Of a stretch of 36,933 nt of DNA, positions 17,516 to 26,867 are shown one piece after another. Each line of letters starts with the position of its first letter. Position 1 is the first letter of the stretch. The translations under genes were made by a program, and so were the position numbers. The notes under the pieces were generated by a model that had not been told where the DNA came from, ran no database searches, and worked only from the letters and a program-made list of their open reading frames with translations. The DNA is from an uncultured bacterium (lineage in GTDB: Bacteria > Vulcanimicrobiota > Xenobia > Xenobiales > Xenobiaceae): contig OMRK01000132.1 of assembly GCA_900313515.1 (NCBI GenBank), forward strand, positions 1 through 36,933. The letters run 5' to 3'.

Positions 17516-19075
17516 CTAATAATAAATCTTTTCTAAGCATAAAAAGCCCCAGTGATTGGTGCGAACTCCCTGCAAGCTGTGCCTGTAAGCGTGGACTGTG
17601 CTAGTCCAAACCAAGCTGCAATTTACCGCGCTGTCGTTAAACTTGTCTTGAATGTCCGAATAGCAGGCTTGCCGGGAGGCAACATCGATATTGAAGCGGG
17701 CAGCTTCTAAAAGACAAGAGATGCGTCCATTGTGGTAATTGGAACGAATCAGGGAAAGCTCGAGAGCCGGATCCAGCTTAGGCACACTTTCCAACTGAAG
17801 AATGAGATCACCATGTCGTCCAGTAAGGAAGCGATAATATTCGGCAGGATCAGCTGGTTTCAGTTTAACTTTAAAGCCAGCATCTTTAAGGTGGATGTTT
17901 AAAAAGGTAGCCAATTTTTCCGTATCGGCCCATACGGAGCTGCCGCGCGGATAAATTAAGCTAAGTTCCCGCTCCCCGCGATGATCCGAGCCGTACAAAC
18001 GTCCCAAAAGCCTCCTGGCCCTTTGGGGCTCGTATTCAATCTGTTTCAAATTATTTACGTAAGCCCAACTTCTAGGAGAAAGGACGCTATTCCCCACAAC
18101 TCCTCTGTTCAGACACAGCTGGTGCAGTAATTGCTTTTTAGGTAGGCCAGCTGCCAAAGCTATGCGACCACGAATATCATTGAAGGGACGCACAGAACAA
18201 TTTACCACCAAAGCGATCTTTGCCAAGGAAGAAGTGTTGATAAGCTTAAGGCCAGGATTGTGTTTGAGACGGTCAATATCGCTGACAGGAACAGTCATGG
18301 CCAGATCGATATTACCACGTTCCAGCTCGCGCAAACGCAAAGCGGGATCCTCAAGAACTACAAATATTACCTGATTTAACCTTGGAACATCGCGCCAACA
18401 AGATGGGAAAGCGCTCAGAACCAAGCGCTGACCTGGCCTCCACTCATTAAGCTGGAAGGGCCCGGTACCTATGGGCCGGAAGGATGGGCGACCAGAATCG
18501 GTCATAGCCACACCGGAAGGTGCGGTAACGGCCATGGCAGGCGCAGATAAAAGTTCCAAAAAGTTCGCCAGGGGACGTCTTAAGGTGAACTGTACCTCGT
18601 GTTCATTGAGTGCGACCACTTTAACCAGTAGCGGCTGCTTCCCAGCAAAATTCGCAGTAAAAAAATTGTACCCGGGCGCCCGCCCTGCCTGATAACGGCT
18701 GTTGTAGCGCAGATAATCAATCCATAAAACAACCGCCTGGGCATTGAAGACTGTGCCATCGTGAAAATAGACCCCAGAACGTAATTTGAATGTCCAAACC
18801 AGGTGATCAGGTGAATTTTTCCAGCTTTCGGCCAAGGCGGGCTCGATCTTACCGTTACTATCAAAGGCCGTTAAATTATCAAAAACGGAGCTGAGCGGAC
18901 CAGCTGAAGCTAGATCTGGCTCGGCCGCTGGATCTAGGCTGAGCGGCAGACTGGGAACAGCTATAACTAAATTTTTTGATTCAGCCTGAAAAGCAGGACA
19001 GGCCACATTCCAAACAACTAGTCCCAGGAAAACGACTAGAGATACCCAGCAAAAAATTTTGAATTTGGCAATCAT
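17516..19075 (-). CDS. ABC-transporter substrate-binding protein, family 5 (peptide/nickel/opine type), with no cognate permease or ATPase in the window
   Basis: N-terminal hydrophobic signal/anchor IFCWVSLVVFLGLVVW. PALAESWKNSPDHLVWTFKLRSGVYFHDGTVFNAQAV is the family-5 SBP signature region. The ATG (19075-19073) overlaps the nfo stop in an ATGA arrangement. Confidence 0.85.
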   Translation of the reverse strand: MIAKFKIFCWVSLVVFLGLVVWNVACPAFQAESKNLVIAVPSLPLSLDPAAEPDLASAGPLSSVFDNLTAFDSNGKIEPALAESWKNSPDHLVWTFKLRSGVYFHDGTVFNAQAVVLWIDYLRYNSRYQAGRAPGYNFFTANFAGKQPLLVKVVALNEHEVQFTLRRPLANFLELLSAPAMAVTAPSGVAMTDSGRPSFRPIGTGPFQLNEWRPGQRLVLSAFPSCWRDVPRLNQVIFVVLEDPALRLRELERGNIDLAMTVPVSDIDRLKHNPGLKLINTSSLAKIALVVNCSVRPFNDIRGRIALAAGLPKKQLLHQLCLNRGVVGNSVLSPRSWAYVNNLKQIEYEPQRARRLLGRLYGSDHRGERELSLIYPRGSSVWADTEKLATFLNIHLKDAGFKVKLKPADPAEYYRFLTGRHGDLILQLESVPKLDPALELSLIRSNYHNGRISCLLEAARFNIDVASRQACYSDIQDKFNDSAVNCSLVWTSTVHAYRHSLQGVRTNHWGFLCLEKIYY

Positions 19076-19911
19076 AGAGATTCTTTAAATAACCCGCGTA
19101 AAACCTCTATTTCCTGGGCATACCCAGGCAACTCGTTAGGAGTTTCCAAATAGAAGGGCAGATCACGCAGGACAGGGTGATTTATGATATTCCCCAGACC
19201 CTCTAAACCAATATTACCCTCCCCAATCTTGGCGTGACGATCCTTATGCTTTCCCAAAACATTGAGGCTGTCGTTTAAATGAATGGCCTTAAGCTTATCT
19301 AAGCCAATTACGCCATCAAACTCCCGCAGAACGCCATCTAGATCACCAACAATATCATATCCACCATCCCACACATGACAGGTATCTAGACATACACCCA
19401 AATGTTCAGAATACTCTACCAAGTCAATAATGGCTCGTAATTCCTCGAAGGTGCGCCCCAATTCAGTACCCTTGCCAGCCATAGTCTCCAACAAAATCCA
19501 ATTACTTTGGCCCGGCTTAATTAAAAAGTTGAGGGTTGAGGCTATGTTTTCAATGCCCTCTTGCGGCGTGCGCTTCAGATAATTGCCAGGGTGAAAATTG
19601 TACATGGCATGAGGAAATATACCGGCAAATTCTAGATCCTGCTGCATTACTTCCCTGGTTGTTTCCAAAACCTGCGGCTCGACCGAGGCCGGATTGATCA
19701 CAAAAGGACTGTGGATAAGGATAGGACCTATATCGTTGGCAGCCAGCAACTCCTTTAAATCTTCAATATCTTGAACGCCAAACTTCACCTGGCCTCGGCC
19801 ACGAGGATTGCGACAGAAAAACTGAAATACATTGGCTCCCACCGATAGGGCATCGCGCCCCATGGCAGCTAAACCTTTAGATATGGAAAGATGACAGCCT
19901 ATCTTAAACAT
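19072..19911 (-). CDS. nfo: Endonuclease IV (AP endonuclease, deoxyribonuclease IV)
   Basis: Colinear with E. coli Nfo: IGCHLSIS..., HSPFVIN, NFHPG, LETMAGKGTELG, VCLDTCHVWDGGYD, HLNDS...DRHAKIGEGNIG, YLETP (metal-binding His/Asp/Glu positions conserved). Confidence 0.9.
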   Translation of the reverse strand: MFKIGCHLSISKGLAAMGRDALSVGANVFQFFCRNPRGRGQVKFGVQDIEDLKELLAANDIGPILIHSPFVINPASVEPQVLETTREVMQQDLEFAGIFPHAMYNFHPGNYLKRTPQEGIENIASTLNFLIKPGQSNWILLETMAGKGTELGRTFEELRAIIDLVEYSEHLGVCLDTCHVWDGGYDIVGDLDGVLREFDGVIGLDKLKAIHLNDSLNVLGKHKDRHAKIGEGNIGLEGLGNIINHPVLRDLPFYLETPNELPGYAQEIEVLRGLFKESL

Positions 19912-20053
19912 GACACCGCTTCACGCTTCTTTAATTTGCCCACTCTTGCCTTTTTTATGCCCGCTCTCGCCCCATCCGCCGCAACTGCAGTTGATTCCCG
20001 CTAAAAAAATGTTCTTCCTGCCCCTATGATCTGCGGCTTTAGCAGGCAAAATC

Positions 20054-22441
20054 CTAAAGTGGACTGGCCAACTCAGCCTCATCGCTAGGTACCGGCAGAA
20101 CCTGTTTAGGATCGCTATGGAAACGCACCCACAATTTGTTGCTAGCAATGAAACGCACTTCACCTAGCCCATACTTAGAATGTTTTATAGTGCAACCGGG
20201 AGGAAACTTGCTGGCTATGGCTTTGCGCCTGAAGCGGCGCTCACTACTGAACTTGATCTCCGGCTTTTCCCTGGAAGAATCTCCACTACTTGACGAACTA
20301 GCTCCCAAGCCTCCCGACATGGCACCGTTATAAAGAGCGCCTCTACCCACCAGCTCTACTACGCCCTTCCGACTAACAAATTCGCTTAACTGCTCTTCAA
20401 CTTCCCTACGTGCCCCTCTAAAGCCCTTGCCAGAACGCAACTCGGCAATGAAGGTTTCAGAACGCGGATGCCCATCACTCTTAACATCCATACATTCAAT
20501 AGGCATCTCATAAACAAAGCGCGACAACTCCGATTCCTGCCCATATCTACGGCCGGAAGCCGAGGCGGTAATATAGAGCATATCTTTGGCACGAGTTAAG
20601 CCCACATAGCAGAGCCGCCGCTCCTCTTCTATGTTTTGCTCACTATCCAAAGAGCGGTGATGAGGCAGCAGCCCATCTTCGAGGCCCACCAAAAACACAA
20701 CGGGGAACTCCAAACCCTTGGAAGTATGGATAGTCATGAGCACCAGGCGATCGCTGCCATTTTCATCTTCTTCAAGCTCATCCTGGGTGGAAATTAGGGA
20801 AACCTCATTTAAAAAGGCTCGCAAAGGCGGATCACCTCCACTACTCTCCGTAACGTGATGATGCGCATCGAAAGTTCGCAAAATTTCCAAAAGTTCGTTG
20901 ATATTGTCCAGGCGATCCTTATCCTCTTCCTGCTCACTATTTAAAAGACGTTCCTTGTAACCGGTATCTTCCAAAACGCAATTGGCTAGATCGTAAAGCG
21001 AACAATCAAAGTTCTGGGCATATTCACTGCGGGCAACTAACCACTCGTAAAGCTTATGACAACGACCAGCTATCCCCTTACCTATCCCCGCCTGCTCAGC
21101 CAGAGCCAAAGCGTGCATAATAGGCACTTGAGAGCGAGCGGAAAAATCGATGATTTTGTTAAAGGTGCCCTCCCCAATACCGGGAGTGTTGGTAATAATG
21201 CGCCCCAGGGCCACTGAATCGCTTGGATTATTGAAAACGTAAAGATAAGCTAGGATATCGCGGACTTCCTTGCGATCGTAAAAGCGACGACCACCCACTA
21301 TCTCGTAACTTATGCCCTCCTCGCGCAAAAGTACTTCTTCGAAGCTGCGACTTTGGAAGTTAGCCCGATAGAGGATGGCTATATCGGAGTATCGGTAACC
21401 GCACTGATTGACTAAGGCCTTGCAGACCTGCACCACACAGCGGGCCTCGCAGGTTTGATCCCGGGTTACGTAAAGGCAGGGCTTGTTGTTGCCCTCCACT
21501 CGATCACTCCAGAGCTTCTTATCCTTGCGGTCGGAATTGTTGCTAACCACAGCGTTAGCTACATCCAGAATCTGCTGGGTGGAGCGGTAATTTCGTTCCA
21601 ACTTCACCACCACAGCCTCGGGAAAATCTTCTTCAAAACGCAGAATTATAGAGATATCCGCACCGCGAAAGCCGTAAATGCTCTGATCATCGTCGCCAAC
21701 GGCGCAGAAGTTGTGATGTTCGCCCAGAATGAGTCGGAGCAACTCATACTGGATGGGATTCACATCCTGGAACTCATCGACCAAAATATAATGGAGCCGA
21801 CTGCGGTATTTCTCACAGACCTCGGGATTTTTTAGAAAAAGCTCCACCGTATAGACCAAAATGTCATCAAAATCTAAGGAATCGTTGGCCCGCAAACGCT
21901 CATTATAAGCCTTGTAGATAGGAATTAGAAAACGTTCCTGCTTGAGAAGTTGGCTCAAATCGTCTGGACCGAGGCGCTTATTCTTGTAACGGCTGATCTG
22001 AGCCAGAAGATCGCGGGGCTTAAATTTTTCGCTATCCACATTTTGATCGCGCAGAATTTCCCGCATCAGGGCTATCTGGGATTCGGTATCGTAGATGGAA
22101 AAGCTTGAAGTTACATCCAGGTACTTGGCTTCGCGGCGCAGCCAACGGGCGCAGACGGCATGGAAGGTACCTACATTAGGAAAATAACCTTCACCGCAAA
22201 GTCCCTCTATACGCTCGGTCATTTCCCGAGCGGCCTTGTTAGTGAAAGTTACCGCCAAAATTTGGGAACGCTGAGCCAGACCGGATTCCAAAATCCAGGC
22301 AATGCGCTTGGTTAGAACGGTGGTCTTACCGCTGCCGGCACCGGCCAAAATAAGCAAAGGCCCCTCAGTGGTGGTGACAGCCTCCTCCTGCTGTGGATTT
22401 AACCCATCCAAAATGGCAGCCCCAGAGACGGAACTCAGCAT
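20054..22441 (-). CDS. SF1A ATP-dependent DNA helicase, PcrA/UvrD family
   Basis: Q motif LNPQQEEAV, Walker A AGAGSGKTT, motif II VDEFQD, and later helicase motifs (TIHTSKGLEF, YVGLTRA). C-terminal Tudor-like IKHSKYGLGEV. The ORF opens at TTG 22447, but ATG 22441 has GAGG 7 nt upstream and is preferred. Confidence 0.9.
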   Translation of the reverse strand: MLSSVSGAAILDGLNPQQEEAVTTTEGPLLILAGAGSGKTTVLTKRIAWILESGLAQRSQILAVTFTNKAAREMTERIEGLCGEGYFPNVGTFHAVCARWLRREAKYLDVTSSFSIYDTESQIALMREILRDQNVDSEKFKPRDLLAQISRYKNKRLGPDDLSQLLKQERFLIPIYKAYNERLRANDSLDFDDILVYTVELFLKNPEVCEKYRSRLHYILVDEFQDVNPIQYELLRLILGEHHNFCAVGDDDQSIYGFRGADISIILRFEEDFPEAVVVKLERNYRSTQQILDVANAVVSNNSDRKDKKLWSDRVEGNNKPCLYVTRDQTCEARCVVQVCKALVNQCGYRYSDIAILYRANFQSRSFEEVLLREEGISYEIVGGRRFYDRKEVRDILAYLYVFNNPSDSVALGRIITNTPGIGEGTFNKIIDFSARSQVPIMHALALAEQAGIGKGIAGRCHKLYEWLVARSEYAQNFDCSLYDLANCVLEDTGYKERLLNSEQEEDKDRLDNINELLEILRTFDAHHHVTESSGGDPPLRAFLNEVSLISTQDELEEDENGSDRLVLMTIHTSKGLEFPVVFLVGLEDGLLPHHRSLDSEQNIEEERRLCYVGLTRAKDMLYITASASGRRYGQESELSRFVYEMPIECMDVKSDGHPRSETFIAELRSGKGFRGARREVEEQLSEFVSRKGVVELVGRGALYNGAMSGGLGASSSSSGDSSREKPEIKFSSERRFRRKAIASKFPPGCTIKHSKYGLGEVRFIASNKLWVRFHSDPKQVLPVPSDEAELASPL

Positions 22442-22450
22442 CTTCAAACC

Positions 22451-25294
22451 TCACTTCAGCCTTACACTGTAGCCAAAACGATCTCGGAGAACGTTGAGCA
22501 CAGCCGGAAGAAAAACTGCCGAGCTCAGCAAATTGCAGCCGACTCCCACGGTCATAACCAACCCCAGAGAGGCCACGCCCTGGTGCTGAGCCGATATCAT
22601 AGAAGCGAAGCCAATCATGGTAGTAAGGGCCGACAAAGTTATGGATGGACCGGTGGAGTGGCTAAAAATGCCCGTCTCCCCTTCTTCGGCTACGCGGTTA
22701 ATAATATGGAGACCAAAGACCAGGCCTATTCCTAAAATTAAGGGCAGAGCCAAGAAATTGGCGCTGTTAAAGTTCACCCCTAAATAGCCCATCACCCCTG
22801 CCATCCACACTATACCAATAACCTTAGGCATAAGGGCTAAAAGGGCCACGCCAATTTTGCGAAAATGCACGAAAAGCAGAATCCAGACGGCAATCAAGGC
22901 CCACATACCGGCCTTTTCATTGGAGACGCGCAATTCCTGACAGTCGTAATAACTCATAACCGGCATGCCCACCACATCGGGATCGACACTCTGCATATCT
23001 TTAACAAAGCGCTCTTGGGCTGGGCGTTCCCAAACATTACCTTTGGGGAAAATGCGGATCTGGATAGCCCCATTCCGACCTATTTCACGGTTGCGCAGTC
23101 CGTCGGGAAGATCTTTAATATCCAAAGGCGGAGCCTCGACCTGCATATGCAGGAGATTTATCACCTCGCCCAGGCTTTTGTAGAAATGATCTTCAAAGGC
23201 AGTCAGACCGTTCTCTATGGCCCCTGGTCCCATATTGGACATTGTCTTAAACAACTTATCGAGCTTTAGAGAGATCCTTTGGGCAGATTTTCTGACGTTA
23301 GGATCTTGGCTCTTAGAGAGCTTACCTAAGACGTCGTCGATCATATTCTGATCCTGGCCAATACTGTCTCCAAGACTCCTGAACATGGCGATGCGGCTGA
23401 CCTCGTTATCACGCACTATCCCTTTAGGAACGGGGATATCTGAGGCAACCCCGACAATGCGTTTTAAATAAGCAGCTTTGTCACCATAACGGCTAGGGAT
23501 AATCATGGCGACACTATCAACACTGGCCACAGTGGGCAATTTGGAGAACTCTTCCACCCTTCTGCCGGCCTCGGGTATATCTTTAGCCAGAGAAATACCG
23601 CAAAGCAAAGAGTGATCGCTGGATTTGATCAAATGCATCTCTGTGTTTACGGACTGCAGGCCTTTGGCTTGCAGGTTCAACAGGTTATAGTCGTAATGAA
23701 CCCTGGTACTGTAAACAACAGACACTACTGTGAGCACTATTCCTGCAGTCACAACCAAGCCAGAACGAGCCAACAGCCATTTCTCAATACTAGCCAGAAA
23801 AGCAAATTGACCGATAGCTTTGGCCTCGTGGGCAGCTTTGCCATTTAGAGGATCTTCGGCTTTACTGTAAGGCATGAAGAGAAGTGAGGGCAGCACAAAC
23901 ATCATAGCCAAATAGCAGAGAATGATGCCGCTTCCGGCGATAAGCCCCAATTCGGCTATGCCGGTAAAATCGGTGAAAATAAGCACCAGGAAAGCCAGAG
24001 CCGTGCTCATTGCACCAGTGAAATTTTCATAACCGGCCCCACACAGAACAGCCTTGCCCGCCTCCAAGACATTACCATTACGCACACACTCTTCATCGTA
24101 ACGGTAAAGGGCATGGATACCGAAATCGATACCTAGCCCCATGAGAATGGTGGCGCAGGTAACAGTAAGCAGATTCAAATGACCGATAACCAACGTGGTA
24201 AAACCCATCGTCCAGCCAACCCCAATTACCAAGGTCACAACAGCTTTCAAGGGCTTAACAACCTCACGGAAGGCCCAAATGAAAACGGCAGCAATCAAGA
24301 CTAGAGATAAAATTGCCGAACGTATGGAATCGTTAGTGGAAGCTTCGGCCTCGTCAACATTTAGGACCAGTTCACCAGTAAGACCAACGATAACATCTCT
24401 GTGAGAAAGCTCAAGTTTAGCTAATATCTCCCGGAGGCGAGTCACTGCACGAGTGACGGAAACATCAGCGCTCTCGCCCGCCCGGTAGGTTGGACGGCAT
24501 AGAAGAGTATAAAAACGGCCCTGGCCTACGGTGTTGTACTGTACCATAGATTCATGAGACATAACATCGGTTATCGACTCATCGGCGTCTTCGGCCTGAT
24601 CGAAATTACCGATCAAAGCCTCAGTCCAAGGGGAAACATAGGAGAAGCGCCCTCTGGTCTCCATGCTCAAAATGAACATGTCTAAAAAGCTCTCTACGGT
24701 AGGTAGAGCTGAACCAATGTTGTCAATATCAGGCTCTTGGACTTGCTTCTTCCCGTCTTTCTTGGTAGAGCTGCTTTTCATCACCAGCTTCGGCATCTTT
24801 TGCATAAGATCAATAAGGCCACGAGATCCCGCAAAGGTGATAAGATAACTCTTATAACTTTCCAAATCACCGGCAATGTCACGCAGCTGTTCCGGCTGCA
24901 GATAGTGGAGCGCGTAGCGTCTCAGAAAAGTAACATCGACCTTTTCAAATACATCACTGAAAGTCTCCGGCTCACTGCGCAAAATTTGAGCCAACTCATC
25001 AACAAAGGCCTGGCGCTGGCGGGCCGTGCCATCTTCAACTATAACCACCATATCCTCGGCCTTGGGGAATTCGCGGTTATAACGTTCCTGCCCAGCTTGA
25101 ACTGCAGCCGCACGCTTAATAAGGTTAGCCTGATCGGCATCAAACTTGAGATATTTAGCCGTGTAGAGCAGACTAATTAAACACGTAATCACACTTACAA
25201 GCACAATCAAGCGCGGATGGTGGAAATCGAATTCGGCTATCCTGCTAAAAAGGCTTATGATGTACGATGGAGCGGGAGAATCTTTTGCGGCCAT
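22451..25294 (-). CDS. MMPL/RND-superfamily exporter (HpnN-like architecture)
   Basis: 947 aa. Two clusters of about 5-6 TM helices each follow a large soluble loop and an N-terminal TM. The N-terminal block DMVVIVEDGTARQRQAFVDELAQILRSEPETFSDVFEKVDVTFLRRYALHYL resembles HpnN-type lipid exporters (from memory). It is separated by 3 nt from the genes on both sides. Confidence 0.8.
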   Translation of the reverse strand: MAAKDSPAPSYIISLFSRIAEFDFHHPRLIVLVSVITCLISLLYTAKYLKFDADQANLIKRAAAVQAGQERYNREFPKAEDMVVIVEDGTARQRQAFVDELAQILRSEPETFSDVFEKVDVTFLRRYALHYLQPEQLRDIAGDLESYKSYLITFAGSRGLIDLMQKMPKLVMKSSSTKKDGKKQVQEPDIDNIGSALPTVESFLDMFILSMETRGRFSYVSPWTEALIGNFDQAEDADESITDVMSHESMVQYNTVGQGRFYTLLCRPTYRAGESADVSVTRAVTRLREILAKLELSHRDVIVGLTGELVLNVDEAEASTNDSIRSAILSLVLIAAVFIWAFREVVKPLKAVVTLVIGVGWTMGFTTLVIGHLNLLTVTCATILMGLGIDFGIHALYRYDEECVRNGNVLEAGKAVLCGAGYENFTGAMSTALAFLVLIFTDFTGIAELGLIAGSGIILCYLAMMFVLPSLLFMPYSKAEDPLNGKAAHEAKAIGQFAFLASIEKWLLARSGLVVTAGIVLTVVSVVYSTRVHYDYNLLNLQAKGLQSVNTEMHLIKSSDHSLLCGISLAKDIPEAGRRVEEFSKLPTVASVDSVAMIIPSRYGDKAAYLKRIVGVASDIPVPKGIVRDNEVSRIAMFRSLGDSIGQDQNMIDDVLGKLSKSQDPNVRKSAQRISLKLDKLFKTMSNMGPGAIENGLTAFEDHFYKSLGEVINLLHMQVEAPPLDIKDLPDGLRNREIGRNGAIQIRIFPKGNVWERPAQERFVKDMQSVDPDVVGMPVMSYYDCQELRVSNEKAGMWALIAVWILLFVHFRKIGVALLALMPKVIGIVWMAGVMGYLGVNFNSANFLALPLILGIGLVFGLHIINRVAEEGETGIFSHSTGPSITLSALTTMIGFASMISAQHQGVASLGLVMTVGVGCNLLSSAVFLPAVLNVLRDRFGYSVRLK

Positions 25295-25297
25295 AAC

Positions 25298-26575
25298 TTA
25301 CAAATTATCCAACCAGTGGCTACTTTCCAGAACAGCTCCCCACGAACGCATATTGCTCATGTTGAACAGATGTTTAGCGCACAAGGACCAGCGGTTAAAG
25401 CAAGCAGCATGCACTGCATCGGCCAATGAAACGGCGCAAGCTTGCATTACGCTGGCGTCGCGGTAGCAATCGATCATACATTCGGTGCAACCATCGCGGA
25501 TAATCTGGCTACCATTAAATTCAAAGACATGGCACATGGGGCGGCGCCAATTGCAACAACGCCACAGTTGCAGATTCCAATCCAAGTAGAACTGTTTAAA
25601 ACCGCCCAAACATGGGAACTCCTGGGGCTTTTTATCTAGGAAGCGGTGCATGTCTTCCAAAGAGGCGCTGGGATTGAGAACCGCATAAGATTTTTTCAAA
25701 TCCATCACATCGTCTATAAGCTTATGCATCTCCTCCGGCGTATAGCTGACCAAATCGGAATCTTTATACCCCAAATAATTGGAATCCAGCTTGACAAGTG
25801 GAAAGGAAAAGGTAACAGCCTGAAAGCCCAAACTCTTCAAGGTTTGCGGAAGCAACGTCAGATCGCCCAAAATTTTGCTCAAAGTAACGGAAGCAACTCG
25901 ACCTACCCCATTGTCGGCAAAAATCTTATTGGCCTCTACAATTCGCTGAGTAACTCCAGGCAAACCGCGATTATTTTCGCTTACTTGCGGATCCACAGAA
26001 TCAATGGAGATAATAATCTCTCTAAGCCCGCTCTCGATAAGCCCCTCAACCTTTTCAGGAGAAAGAGTGGAACCGTTAGTGACAACTAGACTTTCCATAC
26101 CTAGTTCTTGGGCATGCTGCATAAATTTCTCAAGATATGGGTTTATAGTCGGCTCGCCGCCCGTGAAAATCAAAAAGCGCACGCCGTTACGGTACAGACA
26201 ATCGATGGCATTTAAACCGGGCGAAAGCTGAACCAGGGTTTTTGGAGAGACAGGTGGCTTAGTAGAAGGATTAGAAGTGGGCGTAACCTGGCTAACAGCC
26301 TGCTCACAGGCAGGAGCTGCTGTCGGTAAAGATTCACAAGTCGAGCTTGGAAAAGCCTTAGCAAGGCCTAAAGGCCCAGAGGAGCTTGAAACGGCATCAG
26401 CGGAGGAGTTCAAACCAACAGGGCCAAAATTCTGAACGGAGTCAGCTTTAGGGCTATGTTCACGGGAGAAACTGCAAAAACCGCACTTGGCGTTGCAGGC
26501 ATTGGTAATGGCGAACTGGCAGGTAGAAGGGCCGCCATCTAAAAAAACCTGTCCCAAAATTTCTTTCCAATTCAT
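25298..26575 (-). CDS. Radical SAM enzyme with a Cys-rich C-terminal auxiliary domain and a large low-complexity insertion
   Basis: CNAKCGFC (C27/C31/C34, CxxxCxxC). The GGEP motif is at 139-142. C-terminal pattern C-x17-CC-x6-C-x14-C-x2-C-x3-C. GGAGG lies 8 nt upstream of ATG 26575. Confidence 0.85.
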   Translation of the reverse strand: MNWKEILGQVFLDGGPSTCQFAITNACNAKCGFCSFSREHSPKADSVQNFGPVGLNSSADAVSSSSGPLGLAKAFPSSTCESLPTAAPACEQAVSQVTPTSNPSTKPPVSPKTLVQLSPGLNAIDCLYRNGVRFLIFTGGEPTINPYLEKFMQHAQELGMESLVVTNGSTLSPEKVEGLIESGLREIIISIDSVDPQVSENNRGLPGVTQRIVEANKIFADNGVGRVASVTLSKILGDLTLLPQTLKSLGFQAVTFSFPLVKLDSNYLGYKDSDLVSYTPEEMHKLIDDVMDLKKSYAVLNPSASLEDMHRFLDKKPQEFPCLGGFKQFYLDWNLQLWRCCNWRRPMCHVFEFNGSQIIRDGCTECMIDCYRDASVMQACAVSLADAVHAACFNRWSLCAKHLFNMSNMRSWGAVLESSHWLDNL

Positions 26576-26867
26576 ATTTCAATTCCTCCAACCATTTCCA
26601 AACACTTAAGCAAAAAACAAAACCTGCCTAAACCTAAAGCACCTCAAAGTGCTAGCCTCACCCTCCCCCTATTTTTCGACTGAACTGCAGTCCAAATTTT
26701 CTAGGCGTCCTTCCAGCAACTTATAGCGTTCAAATCCAAATGTAACGTGTGGTTCTCGCCGCTGTGTCCCCGCTTCCAATAACTCGCAAAAATCAAACTC
26801 GAACCACTCCAGAAGCAGAGCCATTCAGAAACTTCTTAAAACTCTTGTTCAAAAGCAACAACCACCT

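Noticed and set aside
19921-20163. ORF 19921..20163 (minus strand, 80 aa) between nfo and the helicase
   Set aside because: It overlaps the 3' end of the helicase gene out of frame, has a Cys/Arg-rich nonsense-like translation and has no SD. The 142-bp spacer more likely holds the nfo promoter.
15182-22447. Methylase + SBP + endonuclease IV + UvrD-like helicase as a restriction-like or defence cassette near the centre of the window
   Set aside because: The helicase has every housekeeping PcrA/UvrD motif plus the C-terminal Tudor-like tail. Nfo is colinear with E. coli endonuclease IV. The methylase is convergent to these genes, not co-transcribed with them. The adjacency is best explained as coincidental.
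25298-25700. Calling the radical SAM C-terminal domain a SPASM domain (and hence a peptide-modifying enzyme)
   Set aside because: The observed pattern C-x17-CC-x6-C-x14-C-x2-C-x3-C does not match the canonical SPASM CxxCx5Cx3C spacing. It could be a twitch-like or HpnH-type auxiliary domain. I leave it unassigned pending an HMM search.
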